Part shown: positions 18,835-28,400 of the stretch, piece after piece
Position numbering within the stretch: the stretch's first letter is position 1
How the letters are laid out: each line of letters opens with the position of its first letter
Assembly: GCF_016595495.1 (NCBI RefSeq)
Contig: NZ_JAENIM010000016.1
Span: 1 to 64,000, forward strand
Reading direction: 5' to 3'
From: Persicirhabdus sediminis
GTDB lineage: Bacteria > Verrucomicrobiota > Verrucomicrobiia > Verrucomicrobiales > Akkermansiaceae
Length of the DNA stretch: 64,000 nucleotides
Notes under the pieces: generated by a model
The model's input: the letters and a program-made list of their open reading frames with translations, nothing else
Told to the model about the DNA's origin: nothing
The model's database searches: none
Translations under genes and position numbers: made by a program

Positions 18835-19788
18835 TCAACGTTCCTTCAATACGAGGAAATTTCTCACATCTTTATTCCAGAATGCACGAAACTCCTTTTT
18901 TCCATGCGGCACATCAGCGCTGACCCACATGTCTGAGGATCTCCCGCCGTCTAGGTTGAGCGCGTATTTGATAGGGAATCCGACCAGTCTATCTGAGTTC
19001 AATGCGGCTGCTAGATCGTTGAGTGAACAGATTGAGCTGTAACCAATTGCCCAGTGGTGCTGGCCGTTCCAGATGATGAAACTGCGCACACGCTGGTTAG
19101 ACGTATTTAGACCAGATGTTTTTTTGCCATTTTCTATGAGAAATGGACCAGTTTGCAGGGCTTCTACGGCGCCTAATGAATTTGACCATTTCTGCCGGCG
19201 AATCAGCTGGGTTTCCGTAGCTGAGGTGTAATAAAATCCGGTGCCGAGCGAGCTCGGGTTGATATAACCCGCACTTCTTCCCTGGCTAACAATCTTGCCT
19301 AGCGGTTTTCCTTCTGGGGTGAAAAATCCACCATTGATGGCGGCTAGACCGCGCTGAGATTCAGCGCACTGGCGAGCGGTGAACCAACGTGTCCCTGGGC
19401 CAGCTGGCTGGTCGGCGACAACAAGTTTGTGATCTCTATCGTCAAAGCGGACAAATCTCAGGTCGATGCCGTTTTTCTTGGTATCGATAAATTTGAGTGT
19501 GGTGCGCGCTTGTGCTGATGGTTTGCTTTTGTGCGCGGTGGACGTTTTTCTTTCGTTGTTAGTATTAGCTAGATGCGGCTGGCTCAGAGGGCTTAGAGGC
19601 TCAGTTTGCGTGAGCTTATTCTGTTTGTCCTGCAGGTGGACCGATGGGTGGGGGATGTGGATCTCCTCCGCTTGCCTCTTATGATCAAAAGGTTGGCACG
19701 AACTCAGCCCAACAGCGAGCAGGGTGAGGCAGGATATGTTATAAATGGATCGTTGTTGGCTATGCTGAGTGGGCTGGCTGGAGGTCAT
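18835..19788 (-). CDS. Phosphodiester glycosidase-family protein (NAGPA-like), paralog 2, with a longer basic N-terminal linker
   Basis: See paralog 1. Tandem, same strand, separated by 64 bp. Confidence 0.55.
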   Translation of the reverse strand: MTSSQPTQHSQQRSIYNISCLTLLAVGLSSCQPFDHKRQAEEIHIPHPSVHLQDKQNKLTQTEPLSPLSQPHLANTNNERKTSTAHKSKPSAQARTTLKFIDTKKNGIDLRFVRFDDRDHKLVVADQPAGPGTRWFTARQCAESQRGLAAINGGFFTPEGKPLGKIVSQGRSAGYINPSSLGTGFYYTSATETQLIRRQKWSNSLGAVEALQTGPFLIENGKKTSGLNTSNQRVRSFIIWNGQHHWAIGYSSICSLNDLAAALNSDRLVGFPIKYALNLDGGRSSDMWVSADVPHGKKEFRAFWNKDVRNFLVLKER

Positions 19789-19801
19789 GAATACTGCAGG
19801 C

Positions 19802-20767
19802 TTAGTTGGGTTTTTCAGCGGTGGCTAGAAGTGTTTGGAAATGTGGACTTTGTTCTTCGCGGTCGACGATGGTGGTGTGGATCTTGATGAAACCTGCGTG
19901 CTCCATCATTTCCGCTAGCTCTACCTCTGAGAACCCTAACCAGACGTCGGCGTAGTGGTCGCGTGCTTTTTCAAAGTTGTGCTGTAGCAGATCGAGAATC
20001 ATCAGTTTGCCACCTGGCTGGAGGATGCGAAAAGCTTCAGCTAGGGCGCGTTCTGGCCGGTGAGCGTGGTGTAGTGCTTGTGATAAAATGGCTAGATCGA
20101 CGCTGCCGTCACTAATGGGGACCGATTCAATATCACCAAGACGGTAGTGTAGGTTAGGCAGCTCGTTAGTGACCGCTAGACGCTGGCCAAGCTCAACCAT
20201 TTTTTTGCTATTGTCTACTGCGATGACTTTTTCGGCGCTCTGAGCTAGCAGTTGGGATAAGGTGCCTTCGCCAGCGCCGAGGTCGGCGACCACACGATAA
20301 TTAAGCACTTTGATCAAGGCTTCACCTAATGATTTCCAGCTGCGTCCAGGGACGTAGTTTTTGCCAAAATTTCCAGCTAGACTATCGAAATATGCGCGAG
20401 CTTTGTCTCGGCGCTTGCGTAAAATATGTTTTAAGCTGGCGGTGTCTGAGTCGGTTTCTGGGATTTCCACCGCAGCTTGGCGAGCGACTTCCATCAACGC
20501 TGTTGGGGCGGTGATGGTATAGATGTTATTTTTTCCTGACCGACTGCTAGCGACGAGTTCTTCCTGTCTGAGCGCGGAGAGCTGAGTGGAGATGCGGCTT
20601 TGCCCCATACCGAGGATTTCCTGTAGCTCAACAACGCTGAGTGATTCGTGCTCAAGTAAGAGTAAAATGCGGATGCGAGTGGCGTCAGCTAACAATTTGA
20701 GTGATTTGAGAATGGATGCCATAGCTGGGTTATACAGAGCTGGATGTTGGGGCGAATCCACCAGCAT
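19802..20767 (-). CDS. ArsR/SmtB-family HTH regulator fused to a class I SAM-dependent methyltransferase
   Basis: N-terminal ATRIRILLLLEHESLSVVELQEILGMGQSRISTQLSAL (ArsR HTH). C-terminal VADLGAGEGTLSQLL (SAM motif I) ... ILQPGGKLMILD. Confidence 0.7.
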   Translation of the reverse strand: MLVDSPQHPALYNPAMASILKSLKLLADATRIRILLLLEHESLSVVELQEILGMGQSRISTQLSALRQEELVASSRSGKNNIYTITAPTALMEVARQAAVEIPETDSDTASLKHILRKRRDKARAYFDSLAGNFGKNYVPGRSWKSLGEALIKVLNYRVVADLGAGEGTLSQLLAQSAEKVIAVDNSKKMVELGQRLAVTNELPNLHYRLGDIESVPISDGSVDLAILSQALHHAHRPERALAEAFRILQPGGKLMILDLLQHNFEKARDHYADVWLGFSEVELAEMMEHAGFIKIHTTIVDREEQSPHFQTLLATAEKPN

Positions 20768-21746
20768 CGAGCTGCGTGAGGTATTCGCCAGCGATGTCCT
20801 GAATCTCAGCGTACGATTCCACGTGGCATAGGCGCGTGCGTAGTGGTTTGGCGCCAGGGAAACCTTTGCAGTAGGCCATTAGGCGGGCGCGCATGGCCAT
20901 CATTGTTTGTCTTTCGTTGCCGTAGCGGCTGCTTTCCATCGCTAGCGCGCAGTGGCGCAAAATCAGCTGCCAGCGTTCGCCAATAGGCACTGGTAGTGGT
21001 TGTTCGCCTGTTTCCAGATAGTGTTTGGCCTCGCGGAATACCCATGGGTTTTGCATTGCGGCGCGGCCAATCATCACGCCAGATACGGCGGTTTCTTCGC
21101 GTCGTTTTTTGACGTCTTCGCCTGAGGAAATGTCGCCATTGCCAACAACCGGAATTTTTACCGACTCGGCACACTCACCGATGACGTCCCAGTTGGCTTC
21201 TCCGCGGTAGGCTTGCGAGCGCGTGCGCCCGTGAACAGAAATCGCCTGCATGCCGCAGTCTTCGAGAATGTGGCAGACTTCCGTGGCATTGATGTGTTTC
21301 TCGTCCCAGCCAGTACGAATTTTTCCAGTGACTGGAACGATGTGGCCAACCGCCTTCACCACCTCGCTGGCGACTTCTGTCAATAGCGGGCAATCTTTGA
21401 GCAGTGACGAACCACCATTTTTGCCGACCACTTTATTCACTGGGCAGCCGAAATTGATATCAATGAAATCTGGGCGCTTCCAGTCGACAATCTTTTTGGC
21501 GGCTTCGCCCATGCGCTTGCCATTCGCGCCAAAAATCTGCACGCCCACAGGGCGCTGCTCGTCAGTAAACTCTGTGTATCTGCGAGTTCTATCGTCGCGC
21601 TGGATAATACCCTCACAAGAGACAAACTCTGTGACCATCACATCGGCACCGAGTTCTTTGCAGATAGTGCGGAAGACGACGTCAGTTACTCCTGCCATCG
21701 GGGCAAGATACAGCGGAAATTGATTGTTTTGAAACCAAGGAAGCAC
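20730..21746 (-). CDS. tRNA-dihydrouridine synthase (Dus family, DusB-like)
   Basis: LAPMAGVTDVVFR, DINFGCPVNKV, FMN-binding TIM-barrel motifs and catalytic Cys context. 338 aa. Confidence 0.8.
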   Translation of the reverse strand: MLPWFQNNQFPLYLAPMAGVTDVVFRTICKELGADVMVTEFVSCEGIIQRDDRTRRYTEFTDEQRPVGVQIFGANGKRMGEAAKKIVDWKRPDFIDINFGCPVNKVVGKNGGSSLLKDCPLLTEVASEVVKAVGHIVPVTGKIRTGWDEKHINATEVCHILEDCGMQAISVHGRTRSQAYRGEANWDVIGECAESVKIPVVGNGDISSGEDVKKRREETAVSGVMIGRAAMQNPWVFREAKHYLETGEQPLPVPIGERWQLILRHCALAMESSRYGNERQTMMAMRARLMAYCKGFPGAKPLRTRLCHVESYAEIQDIAGEYLTQLDAGGFAPTSSSV

Positions 21747-22230
21747 GCGCGTACTCTATGTAAATCTCTCGTTTTGCCAACTCATATTCTATTCTCTTTA
21801 GATGATACTCAGCTAATGGCGCAAAAGTGACACCAACCAGGTCGATTTCTTGCCCGGGAAATGCTAGTTAGAGGCGGTTTTGTTTCCCATTTGGAACATT
21901 TGAGCGTGTCCCAATATTTCTTTCCCGCAATTTACTTATGCTTGCGTTGTAATCTTGTTTTGTTAGCAGTTTTTGTAAGGTGATTGTAATCTTATCCATT
22001 ACAAGGGGATATAGGGCGCTTATTTATGTAGTTTGGTGGCTTTTGATCATTGTAGCTGGTTGCATTCATGTGATTTTTTCATTTTATTAGAAAAAAATGC
22101 TTTCCAAATGACGTCTGTTTGATTCTACTGAGTTCGCTCGATTGTGAAGTGTTGAGCAACAAAAAGTGAGTTACTAACCTACTCGTAATAGTATCTAGTA
22201 TTCATTTTTTCATTTGTTAATATGGGTTAG

Positions 22231-22269
22231 GAAGCCGTTGGGATGAGTGTCCCGACGGCTTTCTTTTTG
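22231..22269 (+). terminator. Intrinsic terminator or attenuator hairpin in the leader upstream of the nfeD-flotillin operon
   Basis: GCCGTTGGG-atgagtgt-CCCGACGGC then TTTCTTTTTGT. No ORF precedes it across 21750-22230. Confidence 0.5.
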
Positions 22270-22366
22270 TATCCTATCATGCTAACGGCCGTTAGTCGCT
22301 AGCTGTAAAAATTACCGAGATTTGTAATGGTCATCTGAAAAAATATAACTATTAGATATAGGGGTA

Positions 22367-23053
22367 ATGCAGGAAATTTGGCAGCAGGCTCTACTACCGT
22401 ATAATCTACCCCTAACCATCATGCTCGGCTTTGTTGGGTTATATGTTTTTTTGTTAATTCTAGGCGCGGTAGATTTAGATTTCTTAGATTTTGATTTTGA
22501 TACCGATGGGCTCGATTCCGATTTAGATGCAGGAGGAGCTAGTGACGCTGGCTTGTTTGCTTCAGTGCTTAAGTTAGTTAACGGTTCTGACATTCCGCTG
22601 ATGTTATTGCTCAGCTTGTTCACGATTTTTATGTGGGGGGCTAACTTGTGTCTCAATTATTATTTCAACCCCGATGGCACATGGTTAGTGGCTGGCATCT
22701 TGGCTCTTGTAGCCTTTTTCATCAGTGTAATCATCATGAGGTTAGTTAGTAAGCCACTAAGTCCATTCTTGCGCTCATTCCGTGCAGGTGAAAATAATGA
22801 TGAGCCAGTTGTGGGACGTGTCGCAAAAGTGAAGTCTAGCCAACTAACTGAGAAGTATGGTCAGTTGTTAGTTCCGCGCATGAAAGGAGCGCCAGCACTA
22901 GTTAATGCAAAGCTTGAAGATGGGGCTCAAGTGGCTAATAAGGATGAATTTGTACTAGTCACAGGTAAATCAGAGGGCTTGTTTATTGCTCGTTTGGCTA
23001 GTGAGTTAGAGCGTGATGATAGTAAGGTTGCTTATGGTGATGATTGGGGTTAG
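22367..23053 (+). CDS. NfeD-like membrane protein, the usual partner of SPFH/flotillin proteins
   Basis: Several N-terminal TM helices. C-terminal OB-fold-like region VVGRVAKVKS...GQLLVPRMKGAPALVNAKLEDGAQVANKDEFVLVTGKSEGLFIARL. It lies immediately upstream of the flotillin gene. Confidence 0.6.
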   Translation: MQEIWQQALLPYNLPLTIMLGFVGLYVFLLILGAVDLDFLDFDFDTDGLDSDLDAGGASDAGLFASVLKLVNGSDIPLMLLLSLFTIFMWGANLCLNYYFNPDGTWLVAGILALVAFFISVIIMRLVSKPLSPFLRSFRAGENNDEPVVGRVAKVKSSQLTEKYGQLLVPRMKGAPALVNAKLEDGAQVANKDEFVLVTGKSEGLFIARLASELERDDSKVAYGDDWG

Positions 23054-23220
23054 GACAGTCGAATGATTGATAGATTAGCTGATCTGTTAGCGTTTAATAG
23101 ACTTCTGACTGGCTTACAAAATTCTGATCACAATGTAACAGCCTTACCTAGCGAACTACGGTAAGTTCTTTTCGAGATAGTAAATTTCACAGTAAATAGT
23201 AAGTATCAAAGTAATACAAA

Positions 23221-25332
23221 ATGATGAATGAAATAACGAATTCCTTAGGGATGATAGATGGGCTGGCGAGTTTGCCAGTATATAACTTAGCGCTCCTTTT
23301 TGAGACTATTGGACTGATAGTTCTAGCGGTGATAGGTACAGTGTTTGCCTTTTTTATCTGCCTATCAAAATGCTTTAGAAAGGTAGAGAAAGGCACCGCG
23401 ATGATTAGAACGGGTTGGGGGGAAACCAAGGTGACCTTCACGGGTATGTTTGTTTATCCAGTTTTTCACCGTGTGGAACTCATGGATATCTCTCTCAAGC
23501 GCATTGTTATTGATAGAACAGGGAAAAATGGCCTGATTTGTAAAGACAACATGCGAGCTGACATCAAGGTGGCCTTTTTTGTACGCGTGAATAATGTACG
23601 TGAAGAGGTTATTCGTGTGGCTGAGTCTATCGGTTGTGACCGCGCCTCATCTGTTGAAGAAATCCGCATTCTCTTTGATGCCAAATTCTCAGAAGCGCTT
23701 AAGACCGTAGGTAAGAAGTTCAACTTCATCGCTCTCTACGAAGAGCGTGATACCTTCCGCGATGAAATCCTCAAAGTTATCGGTACTGACCTCAATGGCT
23801 TTGTGCTCGATGATGCGGCTATTGATTACCTTGAGCAGACTCCGGTCGAGTTGCTAGATCCAGATAATATTCTCGATGCTGAAGGTATTAAAAAGATTAC
23901 TGATCTCACCGCTGATCAAGCAAAGCTGTCTAACAATATCCAGCGCGAGAAAGAAAAAGTAATCAAACAGCAAGATGTGGAAGCTCGCGAAGCAATTCTT
24001 GAGTTAGAGCGCCAGCTAGCTGAAACCGAAGCTCGTCAGGCACGTGAGGTATCTAATGCCCAAGCACGTGAAGAAGCCTCAGCTGCCAAAGTTTCTGAAG
24101 AAGAACGCCAAAAATCTGAGCAAGCTCGCATTGCTGCTGAAGAAGAAATTGGTATTTCTGAGCAGAACAAAGAGCGCCAAGTTCTCATCGCTCAACGCAA
24201 CAAAGAGCGTACAGACGTGGTGGAAGTAGAGCGTGTGAAGCGTGATCATCAACTCGAAGAGATTGAACGTCAGCGCCTCACTGAGCTTAAGAGCATTGAA
24301 AAAGATAAAGCGGTTGAAGTTCAGAAGAAAGAAATTCAAGACGTCATCAAACAGCGTGTTGCTGTTGAAAAGACTGTTGTTATCGAACAGCAGAAAATTC
24401 TCGATACCGAAGCCTTTGCGGGAGCCGACCGTTCCAAGCAAGTCAAAGTCACTCTAGCTGAAGCTGCAGCTCAGGAAGTATTGATCCAATCGGTCAAAGA
24501 AGCTGAAGCTGAGAAAGAAGCTGCTATTCTCAAGGCTGATGAAGAAATGTACAAGCGCGTGAAAGCTGCTGAAGCTGACCGCCAAGCTGCTGAGCTGCAT
24601 GCTGAAGAGGTGGTTGTTTCCGCTGACGCTGAACTAACAGCATCGGACAAACAAGCGACTGCGAAGAAAATGTTAGCTGAGGCTACTGCTAAGGAAGCTG
24701 CCGCTATTGGTCTTGGTGAAGCTGAAGTCATGTTAGCTAAAGCAGATGCTACTGAGAAGCAGGGTACTGCTGAGGCGACCGTTGAGAGACTCAAGTACCA
24801 GGCTGACGCTGACGGTATCACACAGAAGGCTGAGGCAATGAAACTGTTTGAGCAAGCTGGTCAAGTACACGAAGAATTCAAACTCAAGCTTGAGAAAGAG
24901 AAAGTAGTTGAGTTGGCTGAAATTGACGTTCAACGTCAGATTGCTGAGCAACAAGCTCTCGTTGTTGGTGAAGCGCTTAAGAGCGCGAAAATCGACATCG
25001 TTGGTGGAGAAACTCAGTTCTTCGATCGCATTACTAACGCTATCACTACTGGTAAGGTGGTTGATCGTACCGTGGAAAATAGCCAAGTTATCGGCGATGT
25101 TAAAGAGACCTTCTTCAATGGTGACCCTGAGTACTTCAAAGCTCAAGTATCTACTTGGATTGATCAATTTGGTGTATCCACTGAGGACATCAAAAATCTC
25201 TCAGTTGGCGGTCTGCTAGGTAAGCTGATTGTTCAGTCTAATGGTGATGACCGTGACAAGCTCATGGGATTCCTTGGCGCTGCTGAGCGATATGGAGTGA
25301 AGGACCTTAAGGCGTCCAACTTCATTAAATAA
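23221..25332 (+). CDS. Flotillin-like SPFH/band-7 protein (YqiK/FloT-like) with a long Glu/Ala/Lys-rich coiled coil
   Basis: N-terminal TM, SPFH core (AMIRTGWGETKVTF...ISLKRIVIDRTGKNGLICKDNMRADIKVAFFVRV), then about 300 aa of heptad-rich EA repeats. Confidence 0.8.
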   Translation: MMNEITNSLGMIDGLASLPVYNLALLFETIGLIVLAVIGTVFAFFICLSKCFRKVEKGTAMIRTGWGETKVTFTGMFVYPVFHRVELMDISLKRIVIDRTGKNGLICKDNMRADIKVAFFVRVNNVREEVIRVAESIGCDRASSVEEIRILFDAKFSEALKTVGKKFNFIALYEERDTFRDEILKVIGTDLNGFVLDDAAIDYLEQTPVELLDPDNILDAEGIKKITDLTADQAKLSNNIQREKEKVIKQQDVEAREAILELERQLAETEARQAREVSNAQAREEASAAKVSEEERQKSEQARIAAEEEIGISEQNKERQVLIAQRNKERTDVVEVERVKRDHQLEEIERQRLTELKSIEKDKAVEVQKKEIQDVIKQRVAVEKTVVIEQQKILDTEAFAGADRSKQVKVTLAEAAAQEVLIQSVKEAEAEKEAAILKADEEMYKRVKAAEADRQAAELHAEEVVVSADAELTASDKQATAKKMLAEATAKEAAAIGLGEAEVMLAKADATEKQGTAEATVERLKYQADADGITQKAEAMKLFEQAGQVHEEFKLKLEKEKVVELAEIDVQRQIAEQQALVVGEALKSAKIDIVGGETQFFDRITNAITTGKVVDRTVENSQVIGDVKETFFNGDPEYFKAQVSTWIDQFGVSTEDIKNLSVGGLLGKLIVQSNGDDRDKLMGFLGAAERYGVKDLKASNFIK

Positions 25333-25494
25333 CAAATTATATAATGGGGAGCTAGGCTCCCCATTAGCCTGAATAATCAGGCTGATAGATTAAGCGCTTA
25401 TCGTGGCTACAGGTCAGTGATGAGGTGGCCACGGTGAGCGCTCATTTCCCCCAAGAATTTTATTGATAGAGAGTAAGGGTGTTAGCACCTGTAG

Positions 25495-28400
25495 ATGAAC
25501 AAGATGTCAGAGGAACAAGAGAATAATCAGCTAGAGAGTGGAGCTTACGAGGTGATCCGTGCCCGTATGGCCAAACATGGTACTGAGCTGCAGCAGCGCT
25601 TGAATCAGCTCAATGATGAACGCCGCGATGTGTTCGGTTCAATTGAGCCAGCTTTGTTAGCCACTGAGCGAATTAGTACACAGCACAATTGTGTCTCTCG
25701 CGATATGGTTTCTATCGGCAAGAACCGCTTCATCTTTGGTTATAACATTCACTTTGGCCTCAAACAGACTACAGAGTTAGGCGATGTTTTTGACCTCTAC
25801 GAATATCATCCAGCAGATCACACTTTTCATAAGTTAGATGAAGCTGAGTTATTTGGCGCTGAGTTTGAGGAAGATTTTAAATCACTGTACAAATATTATA
25901 AAGATACCGTCTTTGTAAAATTCATGGTGATTGGCCCTCATCTTTTCATGGGCATGCGAGTCGGCAAAGAGCTGACTAACATTAAGTGCTTCAAGTGGCT
26001 TCTCAAAGGTGATGGATCGCTCGATTACCTTGGAAACCGCTCAGATCACGAATATGTCTTTCCTCAGCAGCAAGAATTCCAGTGGAAGCGCGCGCATCGC
26101 GACATGCAGCGTTCTGGTGAGCACCCACACGTTTCTATCGAGGATAGATTGTTTGTTGAAACGGTTGGTGGTGATCTAACGATCAAGATCGAAGACAATA
26201 CAGAGACTGGCCAAGGGATTTACGAGGAATTGGTAGATGATCCAGATCAGACTCTCGACGATGCTGAGATTTTATACGCTACCGTGGGGCCGTTGATAGT
26301 TCTCAAGGTGCTGCCATACCGTGAAGAGCACTATCGATACCTTGTCTATAATGAGAAAACTCAGACGGTGGTGCGCTGTGACGCAATTGGCCATTCTTGT
26401 GTTCTATTGCCAGATGACCACGGATTGATATTTGCTAACGGCTATCTCTTGCTCAGTGGCGAGTTCAAAACCTTCGATCATGGTTTGCTCGATATGCGCT
26501 TTGAAAAGCGTATTGTTAGCGCCAATGGTGAGGATACATTTTTTGTTTTCTATAATCGTCAGAGTGGTGATTACGTTCTGCTTTCTTATAATCTAATTAC
26601 ACGCAGTATTGATACGCCTGTTATCTGTAGTGGTTATTCGTTATTTGAAAATGGTCGCCTGCTGTATTTCCGCAACGAAGATGAAGCGCAGAAACATCAT
26701 GTGATTCAGATTTGGCAAACGCCATACATCAATGATGAATATCAGACGCTAGAGACTGCTGGTAATGGCTCATTTATTAGCAAAATCGGCAACCAAGATA
26801 TCGTGCGCTGTATGTCCGAATGCCGTGAGGTATTGGGCCTGCTCGGTAAAGACGATTCATACGCCGACCTATATCTCGATTTGGTTAAGAAAACTGGCGA
26901 CCTCGTTGATGCTTATTTCTGGCTCAATAAAGACGAGATGTTTGATCTAGCTGAACCACTCAGCGAGATCAATGCTGCTGCTAGATCAGCGGTTGAGGAA
27001 TTTGAAAAAGTCCTCGAGCTGAGGAATTCAGCTAAACAAAAGACAGACGATTTAGAGTCTGCAGCGAAAGAGCTCATTCGTGAAATCGAGCACTCACCAG
27101 CTGATGATATCATTGGTTTTGTTAATCACCTAGCTCAGCTGAGACGGATGCGTGGTGAGGTGATAGGGCTTCGTGATTTGCGTTATAATGAGCCAGCTAG
27201 AATTGATCTCATCGAGCAAAGCTTGGTTGAGCAGATTCAGATTTTGTCCGATCTCACAGTGAAGTTTTTGCTCACGGAAGAAGCGCTCGATCCATATCGT
27301 GAGGCGGTTCAGTCGCAGAGTGAGGCGGTTAAAAATCTCGAGAAGGTAGCTGATGCTGATGCAACAGGGGCTGAGTTAGACAAAGCTGGCTCTGAATTAG
27401 AGATGCTGATCGAAATTGTCAGCAATCTCAAAATCGATGACGCGACCAAAACGACGGCAATCATCGAAAGCATTTCAGAGATTTATTCTACACTGAATGC
27501 GGTGCGGGCATCTCTCAAAGGGAAGCGCCACGATCTAGCAAAGTCGGAAGGTGTAGCGCAGTTTGCCGCGCAAATGAAGTTGTTGGGGCAAGCGGTGGTC
27601 AACTTCCTAGACCTTTGTGACACGGCTGAGAAGTGTGACGAATACCTCACCAAGGTGATGGTGCAGATTGAGGAGCTGGATGGAAAATTCTCTGAGTTTG
27701 ATGAATACCTCGAGCAGCTAGCCGCCAAGCGTGAGGAGGTTTACGACGCTTTTGAGGCGCGCAAGGTTGCCTTGCTAGAGAAACGCAACAAGCGTGCTAA
27801 CAACCTGATCAAGTCCGCTGAACGTATTCTTACTGGGGTGAGAAACCGTGCAGCATCATTTGCTGAAATCAATGAGATTAACGGCTATTTTGCTGGCGAC
27901 TTGATGGTTTCCAAGGTGCGTGAAATTATTGACGAGTTAGATGAGCTCGGAGACAGCGTGAAGGCTGCCGACATTCAAACTCGTTTGAAGACACTGCGTG
28001 AAGATGCGGTGCGTCAGCTGAAAGATAGAAACGAGCTCTTTGTTGATGGGACTAACATCATTCAGTTTGGTAAGCATCAATTCACGGTTAATACTCAAGA
28101 GCTTGAGTTAACTGTGGTGCCGCAAGGTGATGAAATGAGTTTCCATCTAGCGGGAACTGATTTCTTTGAGCGAATTGACGATCCTGATTTTTTGAAGACC
28201 CGCTCAGTGTGGTCACAGGAGTTAGTTTCTGAAAATCGTGCAGTGTATAGATCTGAATATCTGGCTTATTTATACCTTTTGCATGCTGAAGAAAATGGCC
28301 AGCTAGAAGTTTCTGATGATCTGCTCAGCCAGGTTCAGGCATTTGCTAACAATAGATACTCTGAGGGCTACACTAAAGGGGTTCATGATCATGATGCTGA

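Noticed and set aside
25333-25494. Intrinsic terminator between the flotillin and giant ATPase genes
   Set aside because: The hairpin TGGGGAGC-tag-GCTCCCCA is strong but has no U-tract. I treat it as a possible attenuator or RNA-processing site rather than a terminator and kept the genes in one candidate operon.
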